Shown here: one piece after another, positions 1-9,579 of the stretch
How positions within the stretch are numbered: the first letter of the stretch is position 1
Layout: the number at the start of each line of letters is the position of its first letter
Source of the DNA: Syntrophales bacterium
GTDB taxonomy: Bacteria; Desulfobacterota; Syntrophia; Syntrophales; UBA2210
Length of the DNA: 64,000 nucleotides
Assembly: GCA_963666365.2 (NCBI GenBank)
Contig: CAXXNF010000001.1
Coordinates: 896,001 to 960,000 of the forward strand
Direction of reading: 5' to 3'
Notes under the pieces: model-generated
Databases searched by the model: none
Told to the model about the DNA's origin: nothing
What the model saw: only the letters and a program-made list of their open reading frames with translations
Position numbers and translations under genes: made by a program

Positions 1-273
1 GACGAGGAAGCCCTTGACACCGCCCTGGAAACCCTTGCGGGACTGCAGCAGGACGGCAAGCTGATCGGCTTGATCTCTCACGTCGCCGCCCTGAAAGAAC
101 GGATCAGTACCCGGATCCAGGTAACGCCCGAAACCGGAGGCAGAAGCCGGATATCCGGGCCGGGCTGCAGTCGTATCGGATCTGTTGAGCGGCACTTGAA
201 TTTCAAGACGAAGGAGGACACTGCAATTGGAATCGACAGCGGATCGCATGACACCCATGCTTGTGGTCGATGA
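1..273 (+). CDS. sbcC: Exonuclease SbcC, C-terminal fragment (5' truncated by window edge)
   Basis: Frame 1 reads DEEALDTALETLAGLQQDGKLIGLISHVAALKERISTRIQV...GRSRISGPGC, the post-Walker-B/H-loop (ISHV) tail of SbcC ABC-ATPases. Confidence 0.8.
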   Translation, partial: DEEALDTALETLAGLQQDGKLIGLISHVAALKERISTRIQVTPETGGRSRISGPGCSRIGSVERHLNFKTKEDTAIGIDSGSHDTHACGR

Positions 274-1606
274 TGACGTCGGCCTTATTCTGAGCATCAA
301 GGCAGCCGTCGTAAGTGCGGGGTTGCCCGAACCGGCACTGCTCTCCGACAGCAGGCAGGTAATGGAATGCATCGGGAAGGGGGACTTTCATCTGGTCATA
401 CTGGACCTGATCATGCCCCATATACACGGGATGGAACTCCTCTCACAAATTAAAAAAGAATATCCGGCCATAGAAATTATTGTCATTACGGCTGTTGACG
501 ATGTTGCCTCAGCGGTTCAGGCGCTCAAGTATGATGCATACGATTATCTGGTAAAGCCGGTAAAACTGGAAAAGCTGATTCTCACCATTAATCACGCCCT
601 CGAACGCTATCACCTTCGCAACGGCCTGGCCCTCTACGAACAGAATCAACTTTTTTCCGATCTGAAGCATCGCGACGATTTCAGGGAAATGATTGCCCAG
701 GACGAATCAATGGCCATGGTGTTCCATCAGGCGGAAATTGCGGCGCCCACGGAGTATAATATCGTCATCACTGGAGAATCGGGTACGGGGAAAGAATTGC
801 TGGCCCGTATCATTCACAGGATCAGCACACGAAGCGACGGACCATTTGTGACGATAAATATGGCGGCGTTCAGCCGAAATCTCATCGAGGACGACCTGTT
901 CGGCCATGAAAGAGGCGCCTACACGGGGGCACTTGCGGACAAAAAGGGATTTTTCGAAGCTGCGCAGGGGGGAACAATTTTTCTCGATGAAATCACCGAA
1001 CTGGAGCTGCCGCTTCAGGGAAAACTGCTCCGCGTCATTCAGGAGAGAGAACTCTACCGCCTGGGAAGCACGGAATTGAAAAATATCGACGTGCGCATTA
1101 TATCGGCGACAAACAAGCACATCAAAGAAGCCATTCAAAAAGGCCAATTTCGTGAAGACCTCTTTTATCGGTTAAATATGTTCCACATTCACATCCCCCC
1201 GCTCCGGCAACGACGAAAGGACATTATTCCTCTTGCCTATCATTTCCTGAAGATTCACTCAGAAAAAAATAAACGGCGCATTAATGCAATTTCTCCGGTA
1301 GTCCTGAGGGAATTAAGCAATTATGCCTTCCCCGGCAACGTGCGGGAACTGGAAAATATCATCGCCAAGGCGGTGCTTCTTGAAAGGGGCCGTGAACTTT
1401 CACTCTCCTCAGTTGAAAATCTGCTCATGCCGATCAACCCTGTGCCGATACTCGACGAGGTTCCCCTTACCCTTGATGAAGTGACCCATCTTCATATCAA
1501 GAAAGTCCTTGCCCGGACCGGCAATAACAAAACCAGGGCGGCCAAAATACTCGGCATCGGCCTGCGGACACTCCAGAGAAAACTGAAAGACCCATCAGCC
1601 GAGTGA
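227..1606 (+). CDS. Sigma54-dependent NtrC/AtoC-family response regulator (REC-AAA+-Fis HTH)
   Basis: VVDDD/LDLIMP receiver; GESGTGKE Walker A; GAYTGA; FLDEI; FPGNVREL; NKTRAAKILGIGLRTL HTH; RBS AAGGAGG at 211-217 before TTG. Confidence 0.95.
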   Translation: MESTADRMTPMLVVDDDVGLILSIKAAVVSAGLPEPALLSDSRQVMECIGKGDFHLVILDLIMPHIHGMELLSQIKKEYPAIEIIVITAVDDVASAVQALKYDAYDYLVKPVKLEKLILTINHALERYHLRNGLALYEQNQLFSDLKHRDDFREMIAQDESMAMVFHQAEIAAPTEYNIVITGESGTGKELLARIIHRISTRSDGPFVTINMAAFSRNLIEDDLFGHERGAYTGALADKKGFFEAAQGGTIFLDEITELELPLQGKLLRVIQERELYRLGSTELKNIDVRIISATNKHIKEAIQKGQFREDLFYRLNMFHIHIPPLRQRRKDIIPLAYHFLKIHSEKNKRRINAISPVVLRELSNYAFPGNVRELENIIAKAVLLERGRELSLSSVENLLMPINPVPILDEVPLTLDEVTHLHIKKVLARTGNNKTRAAKILGIGLRTLQRKLKDPSAE

Positions 1607-1611
1607 CATCT

Positions 1612-1646
1612 ACGCCAAAATGACGCATGTGTGCCAAAATGACGCA
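1612..1646 (+). promoter_or_regulatory. Tandem candidate enhancer (UAS) sites GCCAAAATGACGCA x2
   Basis: Exact 14-nt direct repeat at 19-bp spacing, directly after the sigma54 activator gene and ~175 bp upstream of a -24/-12 promoter. Confidence 0.6.
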
Positions 1647-1819
1647 TATCATATATCCCATCGATATTATGTTGTTTTAGTGTAAATTCGCATGAAATTT
1701 CTCGTAGTGCCCGCCATATTGACATGGAAAGAGTGCCTCCTCTCAGGAGAAAATCCTTCTTTCATCCTTACAACATACCAATATCATTGCCTCTTTATTG
1801 CAGGCCTTCTTTCCGGATA

Positions 1820-1835
1820 TGGCACAATTGATGCT
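1820..1835 (+). promoter_or_regulatory. Sigma54 (-24/-12) promoter
   Basis: TGGCACAATTGATGCT = GG-N10-GC, near the consensus TGGCACN5TTGCW. Confidence 0.7.
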
Positions 1836-1845
1836 ATTAACGAGA

Positions 1846-1940
1846 TGTTGAACCAAAGCATGAAAGTTCCAAGCAGTCACACCAGTCGATGGGTGGAATT
1901 CGACCCTCCCTTCCCGCCCATCGACTCCCCCCCCCTTTTT
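1846..1940 (+). ncRNA. Candidate sigma54-dependent small RNA
   Basis: No credible ORF after the sigma54 promoter; 13-bp stem 1884-1896/1914-1926 with CCCUCCC-containing loop, then C9T5. Confidence 0.4.
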
Positions 1941-2016
1941 GGTCTGTCTGGTCTGTTTGGTCTTTCTACTTTTCATACTTTTTACACTTTTCATACTTTT
2001 TCTTACTTTCCTACTT
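1941..2016. repeat. Degenerate 9-bp-period low-complexity repeat
   Basis: GGTCTGTCT GGTCTGTTT GGTCTTTCT then ACTTTTCAT ACTTTTTAC ACTTTTCAT ACTTTTTCT. Confidence 0.7.
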
Positions 2017-2103
2017 TGAATCCTGCTTTGATTGTTGTGAAATTTTGTGATAGTAGGAGCGGAGTTGTACGAGAATTATACAAGAAGCTTTTTGGAGAAC
2101 GCG

Positions 2104-4686
2104 GTGAAGACAAAATATCAACCACACGAAATCGAAATAAAATGGCAGAAGCTCTGGGAAGACCGGGATACCTTCAAAGTGGTGGAAGACCCTGAGAAAG
2201 AGAAGTATTATCTCCTTGAAATGTTTCCCTATCCATCGGGAAAGATCCATATGGGACACGTGAGAAATTACACGATCGGTGATGTGATCGCCCGTTACAA
2301 AAAAATGCGCGGCTGCAACGTTCTCCATCCGATGGGCTGGGACTCTTTCGGCATGCCGGCGGAAAACGCGGCCATTGAACACGGCATTCATCCCTCCACA
2401 TGGACAAATGACAACATAGAAACGATGAGGAACCAGCTCAAGCGCATGGGGTTCAGCTACGACTGGGACCGGGAAATTTCCACCTGTGAACCGAAATATT
2501 ATCGATGGGAGCAGTTGTTCTTTCTCTGGATGTATAAAAAAGGACTGGCCTACAAGAAGGGGGGGAACGTGAACTGGTGTCCCCACTGCCAGACGGTTCT
2601 TGCAAATGAACAGGTAGAAGCGGGGCTTTGCTGGCGTTGCCAGTCGGAGGTCACTGAAAAGCATCTTGATCAATGGTTTTTCAGAATTACGGACTACGTG
2701 GAGGAACTTCTTGAAGGCTGCAATGCGCTGCCCGGCTGGCCTGAACGAGTTCTGACCATGCAGAGAAACTGGATAGGCAAAAGTTACGGCTGTGAAATCG
2801 ATTTTCCCATGGCCGATTCCGATGGTGTGATCAAAGTTTTTACCACCAGGCAGGATACCATTTACGGTGCGACCTTTATGCTGGTCGCCGCCGAGCATCC
2901 CCTTACCATGGAACTTGCCGCGGGGACGCCGCAGGAACAGGAGGTGACGGAGTTCGCAGAACGGGTGAAAAAACAGGACAAGCTTATGCGCACCTCCGAT
3001 TATTACGAGAAAGAAGGCGTCTTCCTCGGCGCATACTGCCTCAATCCGGTCACTGAAAAAAGAATGCCCATTTATGCGGCAAATTTCGTTCTCGCCGATT
3101 ACGGAACGGGATGCGTGATGGCTGTCCCCACTCACGACCAGCGCGACTTCGAATTTGCGAAAAAGTATGGACTACCCCTGATCGTGGTCATTCAAAACCC
3201 CGACGAGGAGCTTTCGGCGGACACCATGACGGAGGCCTACGTCGACGAGGGCATTCTGATCAATTCAGGGCCCTTCGACGGAAAGAAAAATCTTCAGGCC
3301 CTTGAAGACATCGCGGAATTTTTAGAATCGATCGGTCGAGGAAGGAAAACCATCGAGTACCGTCTCAGGGACTGGGGCATATCGAGGCAACGCTACTGGG
3401 GAGCGCCGATTCCCATCATCAACTGCGAAAAATGCGGATCCGTTCCCGTACCCGAGGAGGAGCTTCCCGTCATACTTCCCATGGACGCCGCACTCACGGG
3501 AGAGGGGGGCTCTCCGCTGGCGCAGACCTCCTCTTTCGTCAACACTGCCTGTCCGAATTGCGGATCACCGGCAATGCGCGAGACCGATACCATGGACACC
3601 TTTGTCGAATCTTCATGGTATTTCGACAGATTCTGTTCTCCCCACTGTGACAGAAAACCCGGTCTCGACAAAAAGAGCGTCGACTACTGGATGCCGGTAG
3701 ATCAGTACATCGGGGGCATAGAGCATGCGATTCTTCACCTTCTCTATGCGCGATTCTATACGAAGATGCTCAGGGACTTCGGGGTAGTGAGCGTTGATGA
3801 ACCCTTTTCCAATCTGCTCACTCAGGGAATGGTCTGCAAGGAAACTATGCGCTGTCCGCAACACGGCTATCTTTTTCCCGAAGAAGTAAAAGAAGGGAGC
3901 TGCATCCATTGCGGTGGGAGCGTCACCGTCGGGAAAACGGAAAAGATGTCAAAATCGCTGAAGAACGTCGTCGATCCCAACCACCTTATAGAGCGATACG
4001 GGGCCGATACGGCGCGCATGTTCTGTCTCTTCGCCTCTCCTCCGGAAAAAGATCTGGAATGGAGCGATATGGGAGTAGAGGGGTCGTTCCGTTTTCTCAA
4101 CAGGATATGGCGCATCGTAATGGAGTACCTCGACGATATTGCCGGAATCGAACCTTTCAGCGAGACCGTTGAACCGAAAGGTGATCTGAAGAACCTGCGG
4201 AAAAAATATCATCAAACAATTCGAAAAGTAACCATCGACATCGAAGAACGGTTTCATTTCAATACGGCAATAAGCGCCGTCATGGAACTGGTCAATGCCC
4301 TCTATCAGATCGAACGCCCCTCTCGCGATGACCGCGAGTCGCTTTCGGTTATCAGAAAGGCCATTGAAACGGTAATCATCCTGCTTGCTCCCATCGTACC
4401 CCATATCACGGAGGAGCTGTGGGAAATGGTCGGCGGCGAAGGCGACCTCTCATCCCGATCCTGGCCTTCCTACGACAGGGAGGCGGCGCAGGAGGAAGAA
4501 ATTACCATTGTCATCCAGGTCCAGGGAAAAGTGAGAAGCAGGATAGAAGTCAGTGCCGATGAATCGGATGAAAAAATAAAGGAACTTGCTCTGGAGGACC
4601 GGAAAATCAGGACCTATACCGAAGGAAAGAATGTGGTCAAGGTAATCTATGTCCCGAAGAAGCTGGTAAACATCGTGGTAAAATAA
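2104..4686 (+). CDS. leuS: Leucine--tRNA ligase
   Basis: [13 protein letters not shown] (HIGH), KMSKS, CP1 editing [15 protein letters not shown] at 2104 with GGAG RBS. Confidence 0.98.
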   Translation: MKTKYQPHEIEIKWQKLWEDRDTFKVVEDPEKEKYYLLEMFPYPSGKIHMGHVRNYTIGDVIARYKKMRGCNVLHPMGWDSFGMPAENAAIEHGIHPSTWTNDNIETMRNQLKRMGFSYDWDREISTCEPKYYRWEQLFFLWMYKKGLAYKKGGNVNWCPHCQTVLANEQVEAGLCWRCQSEVTEKHLDQWFFRITDYVEELLEGCNALPGWPERVLTMQRNWIGKSYGCEIDFPMADSDGVIKVFTTRQDTIYGATFMLVAAEHPLTMELAAGTPQEQEVTEFAERVKKQDKLMRTSDYYEKEGVFLGAYCLNPVTEKRMPIYAANFVLADYGTGCVMAVPTHDQRDFEFAKKYGLPLIVVIQNPDEELSADTMTEAYVDEGILINSGPFDGKKNLQALEDIAEFLESIGRGRKTIEYRLRDWGISRQRYWGAPIPIINCEKCGSVPVPEEELPVILPMDAALTGEGGSPLAQTSSFVNTACPNCGSPAMRETDTMDTFVESSWYFDRFCSPHCDRKPGLDKKSVDYWMPVDQYIGGIEHAILHLLYARFYTKMLRDFGVVSVDEPFSNLLTQGMVCKETMRCPQHGYLFPEEVKEGSCIHCGGSVTVGKTEKMSKSLKNVVDPNHLIERYGADTARMFCLFASPPEKDLEWSDMGVEGSFRFLNRIWRIVMEYLDDIAGIEPFSETVEPKGDLKNLRKKYHQTIRKVTIDIEERFHFNTAISAVMELVNALYQIERPSRDDRESLSVIRKAIETVIILLAPIVPHITEELWEMVGGEGDLSSRSWPSYDREAAQEEEITIVIQVQGKVRSRIEVSADESDEKIKELALEDRKIRTYTEGKNVVKVIYVPKKLVNIVVK

Positions 4687-4709
4687 ACTTTTTTTCTATC
4701 TGTGGAATC

Positions 4710-5234
4710 ATGAACAGGGCACAACGGATATGTATGGCAGCAACGGCGGTATTTGTCTGCGCCTTTTTCGGGTGCGGCTACCGCGTTTCACCCGGCGGCG
4801 AACACATAGATTCACGCATCGCGACGGTGTATATCGATGTATTTTCAAATCCCACCGATGAGGCCTATGTAGAGAATTATATTCGAAGCGCATTCACGGA
4901 ACAGTTCAGGAAATCGGGGCGTTTCACCCTGACGGGCAACCGAGAGGAGTGCGACGCAGTAGTAGCCGGGCGCATCATTGCCATCCGGGCGTCCCATGCA
5001 GCGTATGCGGAAAGCAACATTGCAAAAGAAGACTGGATTGCCATGACCCTGGAAACTACCTTTCGAGAACGAACGGGAAAAGTCATCTGGGAGAATAAAA
5101 GCCTCTCGGGAAGAGAGGCTTACAGGATTACAGGCGATGTATACGGCACGGACAGAAACAAGGACCGCGCCATGAAAAAGCTTGCCCTGGATCTTGCCGA
5201 AGAGGCCTATCGCAGCATTATGTCGGGGTTTTAA
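4710..5234 (+). CDS. lptE: LPS assembly lipoprotein LptE family
   Basis: Lipobox-like FFGCGY, size and position directly after leuS. Confidence 0.75.
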   Translation: MNRAQRICMAATAVFVCAFFGCGYRVSPGGEHIDSRIATVYIDVFSNPTDEAYVENYIRSAFTEQFRKSGRFTLTGNREECDAVVAGRIIAIRASHAAYAESNIAKEDWIAMTLETTFRERTGKVIWENKSLSGREAYRITGDVYGTDRNKDRAMKKLALDLAEEAYRSIMSGF

Positions 5235-5509
5235 TCCACCGCTTGAGCAGACAAAGCGTTTACCTTTTTTGTCAGACGGGAAATCTTGCGACCGGCATTA
5301 TTTTTGTGGAGAATCCCCTTGCTTGCCGCCCTGGCAATCACCTTCACGGTGGTATCCAGTTTTCCCTTCGCTTCTTCGGGATTTTTCGCTTCAACCGCAG
5401 CCAGGACCCCTTTCACCCGGGTTTTTACCTGTGACTTGATCGACACGTTTCGCTGGCGGCGTCTTTCACTCTGCCTGTTTCTTTTTTCTGCTGACTTATG
5501 CGTTGCCAA
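5231..5509 (-). CDS. rpsT: 30S ribosomal protein S20
   Basis: (M)ATHKSAEKRNRQSERRRQRN...KGILHKNNAGRKISRL; TTG start inferred from family N-terminus. Confidence 0.95.
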   Translation of the reverse strand: MATHKSAEKRNRQSERRRQRNVSIKSQVKTRVKGVLAAVEAKNPEEAKGKLDTTVKVIARAASKGILHKNNAGRKISRLTKKVNALSAQAVD

Positions 5510-5624
5510 GTATAATTCCTTTCTTTCCATTGAGTTGAGAAAGGCTGTTATTATAGCAGATTTTCCATCCTGTCAAGTAATTTTCTATTGTCTTGCCACC
5601 CCTTGTATGGGATAATCCCGCCCC

Positions 5625-6419
5625 ATGAGAGGAAGATTGGAACAGGCAACGGCGCCATTCAAGATTTTTGCGGCTCTTTTCATTATCCTGGCGAGTCTGT
5701 TCACTGCGCCCCAGTGCGCCCCGGGCGCCGATCAGTTTCCACGGCCGCAGGGCGCCATAAATGATTTTGCCGGCGTAATGCCTCAGGAATCTCGACGTTC
5801 CATAGAGACACTATCGAGAGAAGTGCTTTCTAAAACAGGCGCATCCATCGTTGTAGCGACGATGAAAGACATCGGCGGCGCCGATGCCGCAGAATACGCC
5901 AATCGCCTCTACGAAGCCTGGGGCATCGGGAAAAAAGGGGAGGATAAAGGCGTCCTGATTTTTCTCGCCCTGAAAGAACGGCGGATACGCATTGAAACCG
6001 GCTATGGGGTGGAAGGTATTCTTTCCGACGGAAAGGTAGGCGAAATTCTTGATCAATACGTGGTTCCCTTCTTGCGGAAGGGTGACTATGGCAAGGGATT
6101 GTCCAATGCCGTCATCGCCGTGTCCACAGTTATCGCCTCCGATGCCGGCGTTTCGCTTTCGGAAAACGCCCCCCCCTCCTCTCCCCCGGAACGCAGGAAG
6201 AAACGCCCCCTTAATCCCTTTTCCCTGATTGTGTTTTTTTTAGTCCTTGCGCTCCTCCTGGGTACCAGGAGTGGAAGACGCATGCTTCCCTATATTCTGT
6301 TGGCCGTAATGATGGGCGGGGGCGGCAGAGGCGGAGGAGGCTTCGGAGGATTCAGCGGAGGCTTTGGAGGGTTCGGAGGTGGCATGAGCGGCGGCGGCGG
6401 CGCCGGTCGCGGATTTTAA
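5625..6419 (+). CDS. TPM-domain (YgcG-like) membrane protein
   Basis: INDFAGV, WGIGKKGEDKGVLI, RIETGYGVEG, TM helix, Gly-rich tail GGGMSGGGGAGRGF. Confidence 0.92.
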   Translation: MRGRLEQATAPFKIFAALFIILASLFTAPQCAPGADQFPRPQGAINDFAGVMPQESRRSIETLSREVLSKTGASIVVATMKDIGGADAAEYANRLYEAWGIGKKGEDKGVLIFLALKERRIRIETGYGVEGILSDGKVGEILDQYVVPFLRKGDYGKGLSNAVIAVSTVIASDAGVSLSENAPPSSPPERRKKRPLNPFSLIVFFLVLALLLGTRSGRRMLPYILLAVMMGGGGRGGGGFGGFSGGFGGFGGGMSGGGGAGRGF

Positions 6420-6431
6420 GGAAGGATTCAT

Positions 6432-7157
6432 ATGAAAAAGATTCAACATCCAAAAGACATATTCGCCGAAATTACCCGCGATTATAAAGAAGTCTACGGC
6501 AATGATCTCGTCTCAATCATTCTTTATGGGAGCGGCGCCGGCGCCGACTATCAACCCGACACATCGAATCTCAATTTTCTCATTATTCTTTCAGAGGATG
6601 CCATCGACCATCTCGACAAAGTCCTCGGTATCGTCACACGGTGGAAGAAAAAAAATGTGGCCGTTCCCCTCGTTATGACCGACTCGTATATCCGTTCGTC
6701 TCTCGACTCCTATCCCCTCGAATTTCTCAACATGAAGAGCCGGTATGAGTGTGTCTACGGGAACGACGTCCTCCGGGATCTCTCCTTTCCCAAGGATGAT
6801 CTCAGACTTCAATGCGAGCGCGAAATCAAAGGGAAACTGCTCCTTCTGCGTGAAGAATTCCTGAGGACGGAAGGAAAAGCCGACCGAATAAAAGATCTGA
6901 TTGCCCGATCGATTACGGCCTTTATTTCAATTTTCAGAGGCCTCTTATATCTCAGAGATCTGGGATCACCGGAGACGGCGCACGCGGTTGTGGAACGGAC
7001 TGCGAAAGCATTTTCCTTTAATGAACATCCTTTTTTACAGTGTCTCAAAATAAAGGAGAACAGCGGCTCTTTCCGCCCATCAGAAACAGAAGCCGTCTTC
7101 AAGGCCTATCTGCACGAGGTGCGAAAACTTTGGCATATTGCCGACACTCTTGAGTAA
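6432..7157 (+). CDS. Nucleotidyltransferase-fold hypothetical protein
   Basis: LVSIILYGS...SNLNFLIIL resembles the Pol-beta NTase GS...DxD motif, with Asn replacing the Asp residues. Confidence 0.6.
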   Translation: MKKIQHPKDIFAEITRDYKEVYGNDLVSIILYGSGAGADYQPDTSNLNFLIILSEDAIDHLDKVLGIVTRWKKKNVAVPLVMTDSYIRSSLDSYPLEFLNMKSRYECVYGNDVLRDLSFPKDDLRLQCEREIKGKLLLLREEFLRTEGKADRIKDLIARSITAFISIFRGLLYLRDLGSPETAHAVVERTAKAFSFNEHPFLQCLKIKENSGSFRPSETEAVFKAYLHEVRKLWHIADTLE

Positions 7158-7195
7158 ACACAAAACTATTTCACCATAGGAGGAGGTGCAGTACA

Positions 7196-7774
7196 ATGAC
7201 AAAGGGGAAGAGAAATCTCATTATTGCAATTGCCATAGTTGTAATACTTCTCTTGTCGTTTTATTCTTTTCTCAAGGGAACTTACAATTCCTTTGTGACG
7301 CTGGACGAATCGGTAAAGGCATCCTGGGCGCAGGTTGAAAACCAGCTTCAGCGCCGCTATGACCTGATTCCCAATCTCGTGGAAACGGTGAAGGGCTTCG
7401 CCGCCCAGGAAAAAGAGGTCTTCATCGGCGTGACCGAGGCACGGTCGAAGGTGGGCGGGGCAACGACGATCCCGCAAAAGATCGAAGCCAATAATGAGCT
7501 TTCGGGAGCGTTGTCCAGACTGCTTGTGGTCATGGAGCGGTACCCCGACATCAAATCGAATCAGAATTTCCTGAGGCTTCAGGACGAACTGGCGGGCACG
7601 GAAAATCGCATCGCCGTGGAACGAAGACGATACAACGAAACCGTGCGGACCTATAACGTACAGATCAGAAGTTTTCCGGCAAACATGTTTGCGGGGGCCT
7701 TCGGATTTGAGAAGGCCACCTTTTTTGAAGTGCCCGAAGCGGCCAAGAAGGCGCCTGCCGTCTCCTTTAAGTAG
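7196..7774 (+). CDS. lemA: LemA family protein
   Basis: WAQVENQLQRRYDLIPNLVETVKG, YPDIKSNQNFLRLQDELAGTENRIAVERRRYN. Confidence 0.95.
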   Translation: MTKGKRNLIIAIAIVVILLLSFYSFLKGTYNSFVTLDESVKASWAQVENQLQRRYDLIPNLVETVKGFAAQEKEVFIGVTEARSKVGGATTIPQKIEANNELSGALSRLLVVMERYPDIKSNQNFLRLQDELAGTENRIAVERRRYNETVRTYNVQIRSFPANMFAGAFGFEKATFFEVPEAAKKAPAVSFK

Positions 7775-7796
7775 CATCGACGGCATTCACATTTTT

Positions 7797-8606
7797 ATGG
7801 AAAAAGACTTTATCCATCTTTGTCAACCGGGACCGGACAAATCCTGCGGCGCCTGCTGCGGTCTTTACAACTATGCAGTCAGCACGCGGGACGCGCTGGC
7901 GGCCAGGCTGAGAGCACGCACCGCACTCTTTCGCGCATTGGTATCCGGCTCTCAGGATCTTGAAGCATTTTCCGCAATGATCAAAGAGAGGGAATCGCAG
8001 GAAAAACTCTATGAAGTCATATACTGCTGCGAATACCTCGGATTTCTGGACGAAGAAGAACGAAGGGTGGGATGCCTGCTTCATCCCCTGCAGAACAGGG
8101 GACTCGACCTCAGGGATGTATCTTTCTACGGACGGGAGCTCTGTGACGGACACTTTTGTCCCAGCTACCACTATCTTTCCCGGGAGGAAAAGCAGGCCCT
8201 CATCAACTGCATCGATGACTGGTACCTGTACGGACTCTGTGTCACCGACATCGATCTGGTGAAAGAGTATTTTCATTTTGTCTCGACAGCCCTCTGTGAA
8301 ACGCCCCATCCCGAACGATTTAAAGAGCCGGCGTTGAAGGACGTCGCCCTTCGATTCTTTTCCCTGAAAACCGCCTGGCCCTTTCGATCGCCTGAAACAA
8401 ACCGCTTCGGCAAATACTATTTTGACGGATCGCAGTATATGATCAGCCACATCGATTACGAACAGCTCGGCTGCGGGCGGTCCCGATTCGACAAGATTTT
8501 TTTGAGTCTGAGTTCCCACTTTGCCGACAAGGCCGAGGTGGAACAGGCCGAACGCCTCATCCAGGACACTATAGACGGGTTTGTCAGTCACTATCGGATA
8601 GATTGA
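7797..8606 (+). CDS. Cys-rich hypothetical protein (possible metal/Fe-S binding)
   Basis: CQPGPDKSCGACCGLYN, YCCEYLGFLD, VGCLLHP, CDGHFCPS; co-oriented after lemA. Confidence 0.7.
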   Translation: MEKDFIHLCQPGPDKSCGACCGLYNYAVSTRDALAARLRARTALFRALVSGSQDLEAFSAMIKERESQEKLYEVIYCCEYLGFLDEEERRVGCLLHPLQNRGLDLRDVSFYGRELCDGHFCPSYHYLSREEKQALINCIDDWYLYGLCVTDIDLVKEYFHFVSTALCETPHPERFKEPALKDVALRFFSLKTAWPFRSPETNRFGKYYFDGSQYMISHIDYEQLGCGRSRFDKIFLSLSSHFADKAEVEQAERLIQDTIDGFVSHYRID

Positions 8607-8652
8607 ACATAGGTGAACCGTCACAGGGCGTTCACACCTTCGGCGCCTTAGC

Positions 8653-8790
8653 GTATATAATAAATATACATCAGCGCCCCCCTCTTTTTCGCCGACACTC
8701 CTCATGGCGCCTCACTATATTCAAATATTACAATAGCTTAAATGATGTCTTCGGACAGCGTGCGCTCCAGCATGTATAAACATATTATAC
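8653..8790. promoter_or_regulatory. Two palindromic GTATA-N7-TATAC sites (8653-8669, 8774-8790), candidate enhancer
   Basis: GTATATAATAAATATAC and GTATAAACATATTATAC; same motif and geometry recur at 15197-15338. Confidence 0.7.
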
Positions 8791-8898
8791 ATACTGGAGC
8801 ATCAAATACGTTCACCGGGAGGTACGGCAGCAGGGCGATAATTTAATTTATGAGTAATATCTAATTGTTACATATTTATTTTCGCGAAATCCTCCTTT

Positions 8899-8914
8899 GG
8901 GCACGTTTATTGTA
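8899..8914 (+). promoter_or_regulatory. Sigma54-type promoter (GG-N10-GT variant)
   Basis: GGGCACGTTTATTGTA vs consensus TGGCACGN4TTGCW; AT-rich tract upstream. Confidence 0.6.
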
Positions 8915-8951
8915 ATTAAGAAAGACAAAACGACGAGAGGAGGATGGAAAA

Positions 8952-9416
8952 ATGAACGAAACAAAAAAAGCTGTCGGTTATGTCTGTGATATCCCGGTGA
9001 CCGGAACCCATATGTACATCGGTAAGGAAGATCAAAAAGCCCGTCTCATCAAATATGCGAAAAAGGAACAGATCGAACTGGTCCATATCTTTGAGGACAA
9101 AGAGTGCACCGGCGACTTCATGAACCGTCCCGGCGTGCAAAAGCTCCTGAAGCGAGCCAACCAGTATGACGCAGTGCTGGTCGAGCGGGCCTGGGCACTG
9201 ACCAGAAAGGGAAAGGAACTCACTCCCTTTCTCAAAACAATCGAAGACAGGGGCACCGAACTTGTGGCCACGACCTATCTTTGGGATTATCTGCACCAGA
9301 TGCTGCGCCGCCGATACCGGGGCAGGACCGACGCAGCAGGGGCGGACCTCCGAAAAAACGTGCACTACTACACCCCGAAGATGGAAAGGACCCATGCAGC
9401 CAGGCTCGTCGCCTGA
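8952..9416 (+). CDS. Serine-recombinase (resolvase N-terminal) fold protein lacking catalytic residues, copy 1
   Basis: AVGYVCDI, EDQ, IFEDKECTG...NRPG, DAVLVERAWALTR align by eye with GYARVS, Q, IFxD..SG...RPG, DxLxVxxLDRLGR; RBS GAGGAGG. Confidence 0.8.
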   Translation: MNETKKAVGYVCDIPVTGTHMYIGKEDQKARLIKYAKKEQIELVHIFEDKECTGDFMNRPGVQKLLKRANQYDAVLVERAWALTRKGKELTPFLKTIEDRGTELVATTYLWDYLHQMLRRRYRGRTDAAGADLRKNVHYYTPKMERTHAARLVA

Positions 9417-9579
9417 AATGCAGAACCGATGACTGCAGGATATTGGATGAGGAACGCGCGGTAGCGGAACCGCATGGACACACCACCAGACAGTAGGGCG
9501 ATACGTCAGTAGCGGAGTGAAGCGATTAGAGGCGGACGATTTGCCTCTCATAGCATAATAAAAAAGGGAGAAGAAACCG

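Larger units (their letters stand above)
8868..9437 (+). repeat. 570-bp direct repeat, copy 1 (copy 2 at 15416-15985)
   Basis: Constant offset 6548 bp; I count 10 substitutions, all in the 3' part of the CDS. Confidence 0.95.

Noticed and set aside
1884..1940. T-box riboswitch upstream of leuS
   Set aside because: GGGTGGAATT resembles the T-box start but lacks the UGGNACC bulge, and no stem I/specifier loop was recognisable
1692..2195. 167-aa ORF and antisense 83-aa ORF
   Set aside because: Low-complexity translation of 9-bp repeats (GLSGLFGLS, TFHTFYTFH); overlaps a promoter and leuS
2011..3135. Long antisense ORFs here and at 11053-12306, 27161-28444, 45346-46377, 54058-55083
   Set aside because: Shadows of well-supported genes on the opposite strand
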